DNA of 62,112 nucleotides, filler included. It is 5 parts of 5 records of this genome, joined end to end, with 100 filler letters (N's around TTAATTAATTAA, not from the genome) between each part and the next. Parts side by side here need not be neighbours in the genome. Positions count along the whole stretch, not along the records: positions 1 to 21,834 come from SRR31156797_7958; 4 more parts are not named here. One strand, 5' to 3'. Under the pieces are notes generated by a model. The model saw only the letters and a program-made list of their open reading frames with translations, had not been told where the DNA came from and ran no database searches. Positions 1 to 10,322 of this stretch are shown in pieces. Within the stretch, counting starts at the first letter, position 1; each line of letters begins with the position of its first letter. Made by a program: the position numbers and the translations under genes.

Positions 1-693
1 CCTGAATGTGGGGCCGAAGGTATAGACGTCACCCATGGCCAGGGCATAAACCTCCGCCTCCAGCTGCCCGCTGACGGTTAAATGGGAGGGTCCCCCGAAA
101 AAATCCTTGGCGTAATCCGCCTGTCCATCTTTCACGGGGACCGATGCCGGATCCAATGTGGTCACCCGGAACATTTCCCCGGCCCCTTCACAGTCGCTCC
201 CGGTGAGGATGGGGGTATGGACGTACAAAAACCCCTTTTCCTGAAAAAACCCATGGATGGCCTTAGCCACGGCATTTCGAACCCTGGCCACGGCCCCGAA
301 GGTATTGGTCCGGGGCCTCAAGTGGGCAATGGTCCTCAAGAACTCAAAAGAATGCCGTTTTTTCTGGAGTGGATAAACTTCCGGATCGGCCCATCCCACC
401 ACCTGGATCTTATCGGCTTTCAGCTCCACCTTCTGACCTTTTCCTGGGGAAGCCGCCAAAGTGCCGTCGGCGATAATGGAACAACCGGTCTGCAATTTCA
501 GCACATGGCTCCGGTAATTGGACAGGTCCTGATCCGCAATAATCTGCAGGCCTGAAAAGCTGGACCCATCGTTTATTTCAATAAATGAAAAGCCCCCCTT
601 TGAATCCCTGCGGGTCCTGACCCATCCGGCCACCGTAACGTGTGTGCCGATGGCGCCTACCTTGAAAATCTCGGAAATTCTTGTTCTTTGCAA
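1..693 (-). CDS. asnS: Asparagine--tRNA ligase (N-terminal part; runs off window start)
   Basis: Not in ORF track. Manual translation from TTG at 693: [10 protein letters not shown]...[24 protein letters not shown]...[28 protein letters not shown], which are AsnRS OB-fold and motif-2 region signatures. Confidence 0.93.
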   Translation of the reverse strand, partial: MQRTRISEIFKVGAIGTHVTVAGWVRTRRDSKGGFSFIEINDGSSFSGLQIIADQDLSNYRSHVLKLQTGCSIIADGTLAASPGKGQKVELKADKIQVVGWADPEVYPLQKKRHSFEFLRTIAHLRPRTNTFGAVARVRNAVAKAIHGFFQEKGFLYVHTPILTGSDCEGAGEMFRVTTLDPASVPVKDGQADYAKDFFGGPSHLTVSGQLEAEVYALAMGDVYTFGPTFR

Positions 694-709
694 AACCGGT
701 CACCCATTA

Positions 710-797
710 TTAGCTGATAGCTGATAGCTGTTAGCCATTAGGCAAAAAAACTTCCTGCTTTAGAAACCTAACAGCTAACCGCTAACGGCTAATCGCT
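710..797. repeat. Imperfect inverted arrays of 7-nt repeats (TAGCTGA-like / CTAACAG-like) between serC and asnS
   Basis: tagctga-tagctga-tagctgt-tagccat-tagg (710-742) faces cctaacag-ctaaccg-ctaacgg-ctaatcg-ct (767-797). Confidence 0.7.
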
Positions 798-802
798 TTC
801 AC

Positions 803-1888
803 CTATCCTTCCTTCTTTTCAAAATCGATCATGAAATCCACCAAGGCTTTGACCGCATCCATTCCGCTGGCATTGTAAATGGAAGCCCTGCAGCCGCCCA
901 CGGAACGATGCCCTTTCAGCCCCCCCATACCTGCCTTCAAGCCTTCCGCCACAAATTTCTTCTCCAGATCTTCGCTGGGAAGTCTGAAGGTTACATTCAT
1001 CAGGGAACGGCTCTCTTTTTCCGCGGTTGCCTTGTAAAAATCGGACCGGTCAATAAAATCATAGATCAGTGCCCCTTTTTCCCGGTTGATCCGCTCCATC
1101 TTTTCAAGGCCGCCCACACTCTCCTCAAGCCATTTCAGGACCAGGTTAATCGTATAAATGACAATGCAGGAAGGCGTATTATACATGGAATTTTTTTCGG
1201 CAAACGTCGTATATTTCAACATGGAGGGCAGATTATCCGGCGTCCTTTCCAGCATGTCTTTTCTGATAATCACCATGGCCGTACCGGATGGCCCGATGTT
1301 TTTCTGGGCACCGGCATAAATCAAACCGAAGGGTTTGGCATCAAAGGGACGGCTCATGATATCAGAGCTCATATCACAAACCAGCGGAACATCCCCCGCA
1401 TCCGGGAATTGTGCCCATTGGGTTCCCTTAATGGTATTATTGCTTGTGAAATGAAGGTACGACGCATTATGACTGATCTGATATGTCTTTGGGATATAGG
1501 AAAAATTCTTATCCTCGGATGAAGCGATGACCTGTACGTCCTTCTCCTGGATGTTGGCCTCTTTGATGGCTTTGGTGGACCACGTTCCCGTATTGATATA
1601 ATCCACGGGACGGCCTTCCACGCCTAGGTTCATGGGAATCATGCAGAATTGCAGGCTGGCCCCTCCCTGGATGAACAAAACATCAAAATCATCCCCGAGA
1701 CCCAGCAGCCGTTTTGTCCTTTCAACCGCTTCATTGATCACATCATCAAACCATTTGGAACGATGACTCACTTCCATAATGGACATACCCGATCCCTTAA
1801 AATCAATAAGCTCAGCCTGAATCTCTTCCAAAACAGGCAACGGCAATGCAGCGGGACCCGCATTAAAATTAAAAATTCTGTCTCCCAT
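803..1888 (-). CDS. serC: Phosphoserine aminotransferase
   Basis: FNFNAGPAALP, SIMEVSHRS, QGGASLQF, YAGAQKNIGP (PLP lysine), GHRSVGGCRASIYNA. Confidence 0.97.
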   Translation of the reverse strand: MGDRIFNFNAGPAALPLPVLEEIQAELIDFKGSGMSIMEVSHRSKWFDDVINEAVERTKRLLGLGDDFDVLFIQGGASLQFCMIPMNLGVEGRPVDYINTGTWSTKAIKEANIQEKDVQVIASSEDKNFSYIPKTYQISHNASYLHFTSNNTIKGTQWAQFPDAGDVPLVCDMSSDIMSRPFDAKPFGLIYAGAQKNIGPSGTAMVIIRKDMLERTPDNLPSMLKYTTFAEKNSMYNTPSCIVIYTINLVLKWLEESVGGLEKMERINREKGALIYDFIDRSDFYKATAEKESRSLMNVTFRLPSEDLEKKFVAEGLKAGMGGLKGHRSVGGCRASIYNASGMDAVKALVDFMIDFEKKEG

Positions 1889-1901
1889 GTTTCATCCTCC
1901 T

Positions 1902-2663
1902 TTAATCTTTCAGTTTCGTGAGCATTTCACTGACTTCCCCGAGGGTATGTGCGTCTTTTTCAAATGGGGGCCTTCCGTCGCGGTCCGCATCTGTAATTTC
2001 CTGTCTGTAAGGCATGAACCCCATGAATGAAAAGTCCGGCATTTCTTTTAACAGAAAGTCTTTGTCCTTGTCGGATCGCAGCTTGTTTCCCACAAAACTC
2101 AACTTTTTCAACCCGATATCATCGGCCAGACGACGAATTTGATAGGCTGTCTCTACACTTCTACGCCCCGGCTCAACCACCACAATGAGCCGATCCACAT
2201 ACATGGATGTCCCTCTCCCCAAATGCTCCAGGCCGGCCTCCATATCCAGGACAACCGCCTCATCCCTGGCCAAAACCACATGGGAAACGAGCCTTTTCAG
2301 CAAGGTGCTTTCAGGACAAATACATCCTGCGCCCCCTTTTTTCACCCCCCCCATGACCATCACCTTAACCCCATCCACCTCAACGGAAAGTTTTTCCGGC
2401 AAATCATTAACTTTTGGATTTAATTTAAAAAAAGACCCCATGGAGCCGACTTTGGCTTCGGTTCTTTCCTCAATGAGCGCTTTCATTTCAGAAATGGGAA
2501 CGATTTCCTCGCTTTTATCAACCCCCAGGGCCTGCGCCAGATTGGCGTCCGGGTCCGCATCAATGGCCAGGACCCTTTTTCCTTCATTGGCCAAGGCCCT
2601 TATTAAAAACGACGCAAAGGTGGTTTTACCAACGCCTCCTTTTCCGCTCACAGCAATTTTCAT
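1902..2663 (-). CDS. cooC: CooC/AcsF-family nickel-insertion ATPase (CO dehydrogenase maturation)
   Basis: Deviant Walker A GKGGVGKT, DADPDANL, GGAGCICP (CxC), DMEAGLEHLGRGT. Confidence 0.88.
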   Translation of the reverse strand: MKIAVSGKGGVGKTTFASFLIRALANEGKRVLAIDADPDANLAQALGVDKSEEIVPISEMKALIEERTEAKVGSMGSFFKLNPKVNDLPEKLSVEVDGVKVMVMGGVKKGGAGCICPESTLLKRLVSHVVLARDEAVVLDMEAGLEHLGRGTSMYVDRLIVVVEPGRRSVETAYQIRRLADDIGLKKLSFVGNKLRSDKDKDFLLKEMPDFSFMGFMPYRQEITDADRDGRPPFEKDAHTLGEVSEMLTKLKD

Positions 2664-2907
2664 ATTTCGTACCCTCTTATGGATAAAAAAACAGCCTCAG
2701 CAAATTACCCCATCAGGAAATTGTCTGCAAGGATAAAATTTACGGATAAACCATTCGGGAACAATTGCAAAAGACCGGCGTGTTGGATTCTGGATCAAAA
2801 AGAAGGGTCCGGCAAACGATTCCTTCGGATACCCGGCAAAAAAAAAGCCCTTACTGAAATGAAAATATCCAATAAGAGCCCGGGGGATCTCACCCATTTA
2901 TTGCGGA

Positions 2908-3174
2908 TTAAACAGCCTCCTTCAAAGCCTTTCCGGCCACAAATTTCGGAACCGTTTTTGCCGCGATATCGATGGCTTTTCCGGTTTGGGGGTTAATGCC
3001 TTTCCTTGCTTTTCTTTCTTCCACCTTGAAGGTCCCGAATCCGATAATCGTGACCTTATCCTTACGCTTCAATGCTTCGGTGATACTGGAAAAAACACAA
3101 TCCACTGCAGCTTGCGCCTCTTTCTTGGTACCCACAACTTTGGCCACCTCGTCTAGCAAATCACCCTTGTTCAT
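2908..3174 (-). CDS. hup: DNA-binding protein HU
   Basis: MNKGDLLDEVA...GFGTFKVEERKARKGINPQTG...PKFVAGKALKEAV. Confidence 0.95.
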   Translation of the reverse strand: MNKGDLLDEVAKVVGTKKEAQAAVDCVFSSITEALKRKDKVTIIGFGTFKVEERKARKGINPQTGKAIDIAAKTVPKFVAGKALKEAV

Positions 3175-3496
3175 TACCTTCCCTCCTCGCTACAGATGTT
3201 GACGAAAAGTCCGCCCTGAAAGCCGGAATCTAAACCACCCTCCCCGAAAAAAAGCCGAATGTCAAAATAAAACCACCCAACATTCCTGCCGCCAAAACCT
3301 TTCCCACCCAACCTTTTACGACGCGCATGAAACATATCCCATGGGCTTTCTTTTGTCAAGAATTTATAAGAGTTAAAGACAATTTACATAAACGGTTTCA
3401 ATTTTCCCGGAAAAACACCCACCGGAACATTTTCCTCCATAAGGGTAAAAAATTCACCACCATGTATCCCAGATATGCTACCAAACAGATTTGATC

Positions 3497-4564
3497 TTAA
3501 ATATCCTGAAAGGCTCCCTCAGTGGATTCGGCCTGCAGTCGAGCCAACAAGCGCATGGCTGAACGTGCATTGGCCGGGTTCATGGAACCCATGCCGCAAG
3601 ACGGCGTAAAAATGGACCTTTCGACAATTGTCTCCGGACTTATACCTTTTTCCCCTATCCTTGCAATGCCGCCTCCGACCTTTTTCAAAAGATCCTTTTC
3701 AGATTCATGGCCCGTAAAACCGGATGTGGGAACAATGCCCCATGCAACGGTGCCGCCCTCTTTAATAAAATCTGCGATACCGTCGGGATAAAGCAGGAAA
3801 TGTTCAATAAATTCAAATGCATCAAAATTGATAATGTCCGGTCTGGCCGCCATAATCATAGACCAATCCGTATTACCGCAGCAGTGTATTCCCACCAGGC
3901 AATCAGAATTGTCTTTGAGATGAGATATCATCATTTGAAGCTTATCAACCACATCCTGCCGCTGAATTGAGGAAAAAGCCGATCCAAAACCCGAAAGTGA
4001 CGGTTCGTCCAGAAAAATAACAGGCCGGCGACCTGATTTTTCCAGCATCCTTACCTGCCAGAGGGCTTTAATGGCCAGACCCCTCACAAAGGCTTCCGAC
4101 AACTCAGGATCATGGATAACAGGTCTTCCGTCCAACCCCAGGATTCCCGACGTGAAGGTAATGGGCCCAACAGTCTGCCCCTTGATATAATGTGTTTGAT
4201 TCGATTTGATTTCATTTAAAGAGGCCATCAGGGTATACAGCCCCGGGGCATAAGCCTCACTGATGGCAAAAGACTCCAAATCTCCCGAGAAGAACCGCTC
4301 ATAAAAATTCACCAGTTCCGATTCCCTTTCACCGGAATTGGAGAGTGTCAGACTTCTTTTTTCCCGGTTTACCGAAAGTAGTGGAAGCCCTTCACTGTAT
4401 TGGACACTCATATCCTCAAAATAGCTCCGTTTCACGAACTGGGGCCAGAAGGGCATGTGTGGGAAAAGCCGTATGATTTCCCGACAAGTCGATTCCACCT
4501 CCAAAAACGGAACGCTTCCGATACCGGTTGCCATAAACCCGAAATCGGGTAATTTTTCAGCCAT
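3497..4564 (-). CDS. Cobalamin-independent methionine synthase II-like family protein
   Basis: ATGIGSVP, WPQF, KGQTVGPIT, FLDEPSL, GIHCCGNTDW, AWGIVPT, TPSCGMGS (Zn-ligand pattern). Confidence 0.7.
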   Translation of the reverse strand: MAEKLPDFGFMATGIGSVPFLEVESTCREIIRLFPHMPFWPQFVKRSYFEDMSVQYSEGLPLLSVNREKRSLTLSNSGERESELVNFYERFFSGDLESFAISEAYAPGLYTLMASLNEIKSNQTHYIKGQTVGPITFTSGILGLDGRPVIHDPELSEAFVRGLAIKALWQVRMLEKSGRRPVIFLDEPSLSGFGSAFSSIQRQDVVDKLQMMISHLKDNSDCLVGIHCCGNTDWSMIMAARPDIINFDAFEFIEHFLLYPDGIADFIKEGGTVAWGIVPTSGFTGHESEKDLLKKVGGGIARIGEKGISPETIVERSIFTPSCGMGSMNPANARSAMRLLARLQAESTEGAFQDI

Positions 4565-5315
4565 ATTTTATCTCCCCCACCCTGGGAAGCCACTTTTCCA
4601 GTATTGTGAGCAATTTTTCTTTTTGCGTATCCACCCCATTCCGGGACTCTTTCGTTACACCGGGAAGGTCTGCTTCCAACTCGGCTTTCAGCTGGGCAAG
4701 CCGCTCGGCGGAAACACTGTCATCGGGATGTTCTTCAATGACTCTTTCATAGGTTTCCACCGCAGCGTTCAGTTGCCCCTGGCTGAAATAAAGCTCGGCG
4801 ATGGTCGGCGTGGCGAAGTTTACCAGGGATTCCTCTTCATCATCCGGCAAAACAGGCCATTTTGGATCAGGCCCTTCTGCCGCATCCCCGACTTCTCCCG
4901 CTATTTGGAGTATTTCATGCATTTCAGGATCATCAGGTTGGTGTGCCAGGAAAATTTCAGCCTCACCGGCAGCCTCTGTAAACCGCTTCTGCTTTGCATA
5001 AATCCCCGCAAGTCTGGCGTAGACGGGAAGCAAATCATTCATCATGGTTGAAACCTTCAGAAATTCAGTTTCCGCCTGCCCCACCGATCCCGATTCATGG
5101 TAACACTCCGCAAGGAGCATTCTCAAATAAATATCTTTTGGATAGACCCTCAAAAACGTCATGCACCATTTAATCACTTCATTGACGCGGCCCTCACCCC
5201 TCATTCGGGCCAGAATGACGTACAAGGTGCTTTGAGAGGGCCCATGCCTTAGAATTTCATCATATAAAACAGTGTTATCTTCCATTTGTCTAATTTCCAG
5301 TACCACCTTTCCCAA
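4557..5315 (-). CDS. Tetratricopeptide-repeat protein
   Basis: Helical TPR-like repeats, e.g. TPTIAELYFSQGQLNAAVETYERVIEEHPDD; true start may be MEDNTV near 5285. Confidence 0.7.
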   Translation of the reverse strand: MGKVVLEIRQMEDNTVLYDEILRHGPSQSTLYVILARMRGEGRVNEVIKWCMTFLRVYPKDIYLRMLLAECYHESGSVGQAETEFLKVSTMMNDLLPVYARLAGIYAKQKRFTEAAGEAEIFLAHQPDDPEMHEILQIAGEVGDAAEGPDPKWPVLPDDEEESLVNFATPTIAELYFSQGQLNAAVETYERVIEEHPDDSVSAERLAQLKAELEADLPGVTKESRNGVDTQKEKLLTILEKWLPRVGEIKYG

Positions 5316-5640
5316 ACCGATAAATAACCTCGTTTTCTCGAATCAGGTTAAGCTCGGTTCTGGCAACGGATTCCACATATGTCATATCCGTACGAAACCG
5401 GTGGACTTCTTCAATAAGCGCCTGGTTTTCAGCCACAAGCTTCCGAATGCGGTCAAGGCACGCCTGCCGCTCCACTTCAGTCCGGCAAAGATGCACCATC
5501 CCTCCTTCACCATACCAGATCCAGCCCGCAATCGGAACTGTGAAACACAACAGGATTAAAGGAATTTTCAGGATTTTTTTTAATTTCGGACCCAACCTGA
5601 AATGTCTCCCGCTCCAAAAAAGTAAACCCTGAAATTCCAT
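5290..5640 (-). CDS. FtsB/DivIC septum formation initiator family protein
   Basis: TM helix, then coiled coil, then YVESVARTELNLIRENEVIYRF. Confidence 0.78.
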   Translation of the reverse strand: MEFQGLLFWSGRHFRLGPKLKKILKIPLILLCFTVPIAGWIWYGEGGMVHLCRTEVERQACLDRIRKLVAENQALIEEVHRFRTDMTYVESVARTELNLIRENEVIYRFGKGGTGN

Positions 5641-5659
5641 CGAAGGATGGAAACTTTTT

Positions 5660-7411
5660 TCAGTTCTTATCGACCTGCTCTTTAATAAAGTTCTCCATGG
5701 GAATATAATCCGTACCGGTCACCACAAGTTCCACACGGCTCCAGACATGCAGATCCACTTTTTTACCGGTACTCCCCCTAAGCCGTCTTTCCATAAGACG
5801 CACTTCATGCGGCCTGAGAACCCTCGGCCCCACGACCTCTGCACGAACCGACCAGGTATCCCCCTTTGGTACCGCATCAACATTGGTGGCAAACATGTTT
5901 TTGATGCTCCTGATCTCGTTTCTCACCTGGGATTCCAGAGCTTCGCCTGTTGCTTTCCCTTCTTTCGAGAGCCCTCCAAAATGCGCTTTGCCATACAATA
6001 CCCTCCCCTTACTGCTCACATCCGTCAGATCATCGGAACGGATCAGCAGACGCACTTTTTCATCCCCAAGCCTTTCCTGAATGGCTTTTTCATACCTGGA
6101 TACTTCACCTGGCGTAAGGGTCCGTCCACTCTGGATACTGGCCACAACAACCGCACCGTTGGGAAGTTGTACCAGATTCAGATTATCAAGGTCCAGATAA
6201 AGTCCTTTATGTTTCTCCAACATTTCCCGAAGGACCTGCTCGGCGATCTGTATCCGCTTGACATTGGGATGAAGTTTGCCGGATATAAATTCACCATCCA
6301 GATTCCGAGCCACGATACCACTGGTGGATCCGGTTGATGAAATATCCTTGGTAATAAAGCAGCGCATAATGAGATTGGCGCGGGCATTAAGCTTTTTATC
6401 GAGAATGCTCTGCATTTCCTTTATCTTCTGAGGAGACAACACGCGAGGGGTCGTAACATACGCCAGGATATTGACGCTTGGATCCTTATTGTCGTAAATC
6501 ACGTTTTCCACACAGGCGCCCCGCTCTGTTCTTAATTCTTTCTCTAAAACCCCTTTTATGGCTTTTGTGGTCTCGTTTTTCGCAATAATACCCACCAGGG
6601 CGTTGGTCAACAGGATCGTTACCAGGATCAGCCCGATAACCGGCGCCAGGAAACGTTTCAGAACAGAGAGTCCGGAACCCATCTCTTCACGGCTGACAAA
6701 CCCCGCCACAATAAAGAGTGCGGCTGAAACCGCTAAAATGGCCAGAAAATTGGCAAAGAATAGAAGAAAAGCCCCCCATGCTCCTTCAAAGGCCCCGAAC
6801 GCAAGGCATAGGCCGCTGACCGCCAGGGGCGGCGTCAAAGCGGTGGCCATGGCAATACCCGGCAATACCGGACTGATCCGCGCATCGATCATGGCCAGAC
6901 AACCTGCAATACCCGCAAGAGCCGCCACCAGCAAATCAAGCAGGGTCGGACTGGTACGGGACAACATTTCCGGCGTCACTTCCTGGGCAAAAGGAAACAT
7001 GCCCAATATGGCAGCGACTCCCACGGCGATCAGTACACCGCCGAACTCGGCAACAAAGGCCTTTCTGAAAAGGGCCATATCCCCACGAACAAGACCCAGG
7101 GATATACCGAAGATGGGCGTCATGAGCGGAGAAACCAGCATTGCACCGATCACCACCGCCGGACTGTTGGTCACAACCCCGAAACCGGCTATCAATACGG
7201 ATATGGACAGGAGTAGATAATATGTGGCTTTAGGCGTGGAACCAAGGGTGATATCGTCACGGACTTCCGTCTTTCGACACTCATCAACGGACATAAGATC
7301 CGTGAATGTCCGGGTCACAAAACCCCTGCAACGGGCCACAATCCCGGGAACGGAACCGTTCCCGCTGCCTTCTTTTCCGCTTTGGGCATCTGACGGCCGG
7401 CAATTGTCCAT
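5660..7411 (-). CDS. DUF389-family membrane protein with long C-terminal extension
   Basis: NSPAVVIGAMLVSPLMTPI, RTSPTLLDLLVA, LPGIAMATALTPPL. Confidence 0.8.
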   Translation of the reverse strand: MDNCRPSDAQSGKEGSGNGSVPGIVARCRGFVTRTFTDLMSVDECRKTEVRDDITLGSTPKATYYLLLSISVLIAGFGVVTNSPAVVIGAMLVSPLMTPIFGISLGLVRGDMALFRKAFVAEFGGVLIAVGVAAILGMFPFAQEVTPEMLSRTSPTLLDLLVAALAGIAGCLAMIDARISPVLPGIAMATALTPPLAVSGLCLAFGAFEGAWGAFLLFFANFLAILAVSAALFIVAGFVSREEMGSGLSVLKRFLAPVIGLILVTILLTNALVGIIAKNETTKAIKGVLEKELRTERGACVENVIYDNKDPSVNILAYVTTPRVLSPQKIKEMQSILDKKLNARANLIMRCFITKDISSTGSTSGIVARNLDGEFISGKLHPNVKRIQIAEQVLREMLEKHKGLYLDLDNLNLVQLPNGAVVVASIQSGRTLTPGEVSRYEKAIQERLGDEKVRLLIRSDDLTDVSSKGRVLYGKAHFGGLSKEGKATGEALESQVRNEIRSIKNMFATNVDAVPKGDTWSVRAEVVGPRVLRPHEVRLMERRLRGSTGKKVDLHVWSRVELVVTGTDYIPMENFIKEQVDKN

Positions 7412-7441
7412 GGCTGATCAAAAAACCTCTAAACACACCGT

Positions 7442-7891
7442 TCAAAAAGCATCAAACATGGAAGCATCGCGTCGTTGTGTTTCCGAATTGGGCTCAGGAT
7501 TAACATCAGACTCATGTTCAGGCACAACCTCGGCTTTTTCCCGAGGCGGTGCATCCTGCTTGACGGTTACCTTTGAAGACGCTCGCTTTCGCCAGACGAG
7601 ATCACGATTTCTAACCCAGCCCACCTGCCCTGTTCCGGTCACTTTCACATAGGCAAAACCCCGTTCCGTCTTGTAGCGCAGCACTTTCGCATGAAGCGGT
7701 AATTCGGCAATGGGCGAACCGGAAGCCCTGCTTTGGGAGAACATCTTGAGGCCCGGAACACCCACATAATACACCTTTGGTGCATCGGATTCTTCCTGCG
7801 GCATCAGCTCCCTGCCGACGGAATCAACCATTGCACAGGCATACAGTGAAAGGAAAAGCGGAAGCAAAAGAATCATTTTCAGAAGTTTCAT
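7442..7891 (-). CDS. SH3-domain lipoprotein
   Basis: Signal peptide with lipobox (SLYAC) from MKLLK; SH3b-like GFAYVKVTGTGQVGWV. Confidence 0.65.
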   Translation of the reverse strand: MKLLKMILLLPLFLSLYACAMVDSVGRELMPQEESDAPKVYYVGVPGLKMFSQSRASGSPIAELPLHAKVLRYKTERGFAYVKVTGTGQVGWVRNRDLVWRKRASSKVTVKQDAPPREKAEVVPEHESDVNPEPNSETQRRDASMFDAF

Positions 7892-7997
7892 GGCAATATC
7901 CGTTCCGAACAAGTACCGGTTTACGGATTTCAGTATAGGAGAATCAGCATCCTCTTTTCAAGTACAAATATGCTTCATGAAAATCATCCACACCCGG

Positions 7998-9515
7998 CTA
8001 TTGCGCACCGCCATAAAGATCTTTTACCTTTTCCCTGTCCACAACGCCATCTTCCAGCAATGGCAATTGGGTGACAAAATCGATATATTGGGGTTTTTTG
8101 TACCGTGCTATGCGTTCTCCCACAAAATCGATCAACGCCTGGGCTTCAATGGTTTGCCCTTCTTCCAGCACACAGACGGCTTTGATACCTTCTTTCCACT
8201 TGGGGTCCGGAACTCCGATAACAACCGTAGACGCTATTGCCGGATGCTCCAGAATGGTCTTTTCAACCTCCGCCGGATAGACATTTTCCCCACCCGGTTT
8301 GATCAACTCCTTTTCCGCCTTACGCCCCGCATACCAAAGGAAGCCGTTCTCGTCGAACCGTCCCTGGTCACCGGTGTGATGCCATCCGCCCCTGAAGGTG
8401 TATTCGTTGTCCTCCGGCAGATTCCAGTACCCCTTAAACACCATGGGGCCTTTGACCACAATCTCCCCCACCTCCCCTACGGGAACGGGAGCATCATAAT
8501 CGTCCACAAGCCTGACCTCGGCCATTGGAAGGGTTTTGCCCGCCGAGCCCGGCTGATCATTGTATGCCCCATAGGTGGCCAGGCAGGAGGTTTCCGTCTG
8601 ACCATACATGGCATAAAACGTACCACCCGTCATTTCCTGATATTTTTCAATGGTCTCCGGCACCTCAAGCCCCGTCACGGCCCTGAGGGAACTGATGTCG
8701 ACCCCTGTTTTTTCATGCTGCTCCAGAATGGATCCCAAAATCGGCGGGAACTCCACCATCACGGAAACATTCTTTTCCCGGACCAATTCGGCCGCCCTTG
8801 CAGCATCAAATTTACTCACATTCAAATTAAAAGCGCCTGCGTGAAAGGCGGCGGTCGCCATGAAAAGACCGCCCACATGAAACAGGGGCAAGACATTATA
8901 GTGAACATCCTTCGTGGTCAAAGTTAAGAGGCAATTGAACTGCATATTGGCGCATAATACATTTCCATGGCTCAGAAGCGCTCCCCTGGGCCTGCCGGCC
9001 ACGGCGGCCGTATGGATAATCACGAACCCGTCATCGGTTTCCACATCCACCGGTTCAAACTCCGAACCCTGGTCCAGAAGGGTCTGGAATGACTTGAAAC
9101 CACCGGAGCCGAAATTGAAATAGTCTTCCACCGACGTCAGTTTGCCCTCGAGGCTCTTCAGCACTTCCTCGAATTCCGCATCGGCAAATATGATCCTGGG
9201 GCTGCAATCATTTAGATTATAGGCCACCTCATCGGCGCTCAGACGCCAGTTGATGGGCAACACAATGGCACCCAGAGCTGCTGCGGCACCATAAAGAAGG
9301 AAATAGGAAAGGCTGTTTTTCCCTAAGACTCCGATCCGGTCGCCTTTTTCAATTCCGAATCTCTGTAAGCCGCAGGCCAACCGATCCACCGCCTCCTTAA
9401 TCTCGGAAAACGAATAAACCTTTGAATCACCATCGTCCATCCAGGCCTGTCCCGAACCGTAAATGGCGGCATTGCGATTTACCAGGTCATAGAAAGTAAA
9501 ATCGTGAAGTCCCAT
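7998..9515 (-). CDS. AMP-dependent acyl-CoA synthetase/ligase
   Basis: YGQTE, GWHHTGDQG, KPGGENVYPAEVE; GAGGAGG RBS before MGLHDF; atypical P-loop HTAAVAGRPRG. Confidence 0.9.
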   Translation of the reverse strand: MGLHDFTFYDLVNRNAAIYGSGQAWMDDGDSKVYSFSEIKEAVDRLACGLQRFGIEKGDRIGVLGKNSLSYFLLYGAAAALGAIVLPINWRLSADEVAYNLNDCSPRIIFADAEFEEVLKSLEGKLTSVEDYFNFGSGGFKSFQTLLDQGSEFEPVDVETDDGFVIIHTAAVAGRPRGALLSHGNVLCANMQFNCLLTLTTKDVHYNVLPLFHVGGLFMATAAFHAGAFNLNVSKFDAARAAELVREKNVSVMVEFPPILGSILEQHEKTGVDISSLRAVTGLEVPETIEKYQEMTGGTFYAMYGQTETSCLATYGAYNDQPGSAGKTLPMAEVRLVDDYDAPVPVGEVGEIVVKGPMVFKGYWNLPEDNEYTFRGGWHHTGDQGRFDENGFLWYAGRKAEKELIKPGGENVYPAEVEKTILEHPAIASTVVIGVPDPKWKEGIKAVCVLEEGQTIEAQALIDFVGERIARYKKPQYIDFVTQLPLLEDGVVDREKVKDLYGGAQ

Positions 9516-9633
9516 AGTCCTCCTCATCAAAAAAAAGCCTTCACCCTGCCTATTACGATTTGCAAGAGGGCGGATGAAGGCCGTTTGTACTATTCCATTT
9601 TCCTTACAGGGTATGGCGCCCCGTCTTCATTCG

Positions 9634-10236
9634 TTACTGCACCTGAACTTTGTAGGGGTATACCATGGTCACGTCGCCGGCAGTAAACGTAAATCCACAC
9701 TCCGTCAACGTCACAGGCACCGTACCTTCGGGGACACCTTTCCACCATTTTTCAAGGGTATCCCAGTTTTTCCAGCCGCGCTTTTTCAGCTCAACGGCGT
9801 TTGCCAGCAAAAGGCCAACCAGCGCGGAACGCACGGTGATCAGCGTCGTCACCTTGACTTCGTCAGCCATGCCCGCCGGGATCCAGTTGGACAGTTGGTC
9901 GGCGGTGGTCATGACGGTGAACGCCTCGTCAAACACAACCGAGTATTTAATCTCTTCAAGATTGATGGGATACAGGTTATTATTGGTAATTTTAAAAGTG
10001 AAACTCATGGGCAAAAAGGCGCCCCGGTTTCCGGCCTCACCCTTTGTGGGTTTGGTTTTACCGGAGATATACCAATATCCATCATACTGCGGAACCGCAA
10101 AAGATTCCAATTCGATCTTTGGTGCCACAAAATTACTATTATTGGGTTTAACCTGCGTATCAGTCGTTACACAGGACGAAAAAACAAAACCAAAGCCAAC
10201 CAACAGCGCTATCAAAAGCATCAAACTTTTCTTCAT
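9634..10236 (-). CDS. Hypothetical lipoprotein
   Basis: MKK + hydrophobic stretch + FSSC lipobox; GGAGG RBS. Confidence 0.7.
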   Translation of the reverse strand: MKKSLMLLIALLVGFGFVFSSCVTTDTQVKPNNSNFVAPKIELESFAVPQYDGYWYISGKTKPTKGEAGNRGAFLPMSFTFKITNNNLYPINLEEIKYSVVFDEAFTVMTTADQLSNWIPAGMADEVKVTTLITVRSALVGLLLANAVELKKRGWKNWDTLEKWWKGVPEGTVPVTLTECGFTFTAGDVTMVYPYKVQVQ

Positions 10237-10322
10237 CAGTGAACCTCCCTTTTCGATTTCCGTGTTCAGGAAAAGGGATCAAACAGCTTTACACCCTTTC
10301 CGCACCCGGAATCTGATTTATG

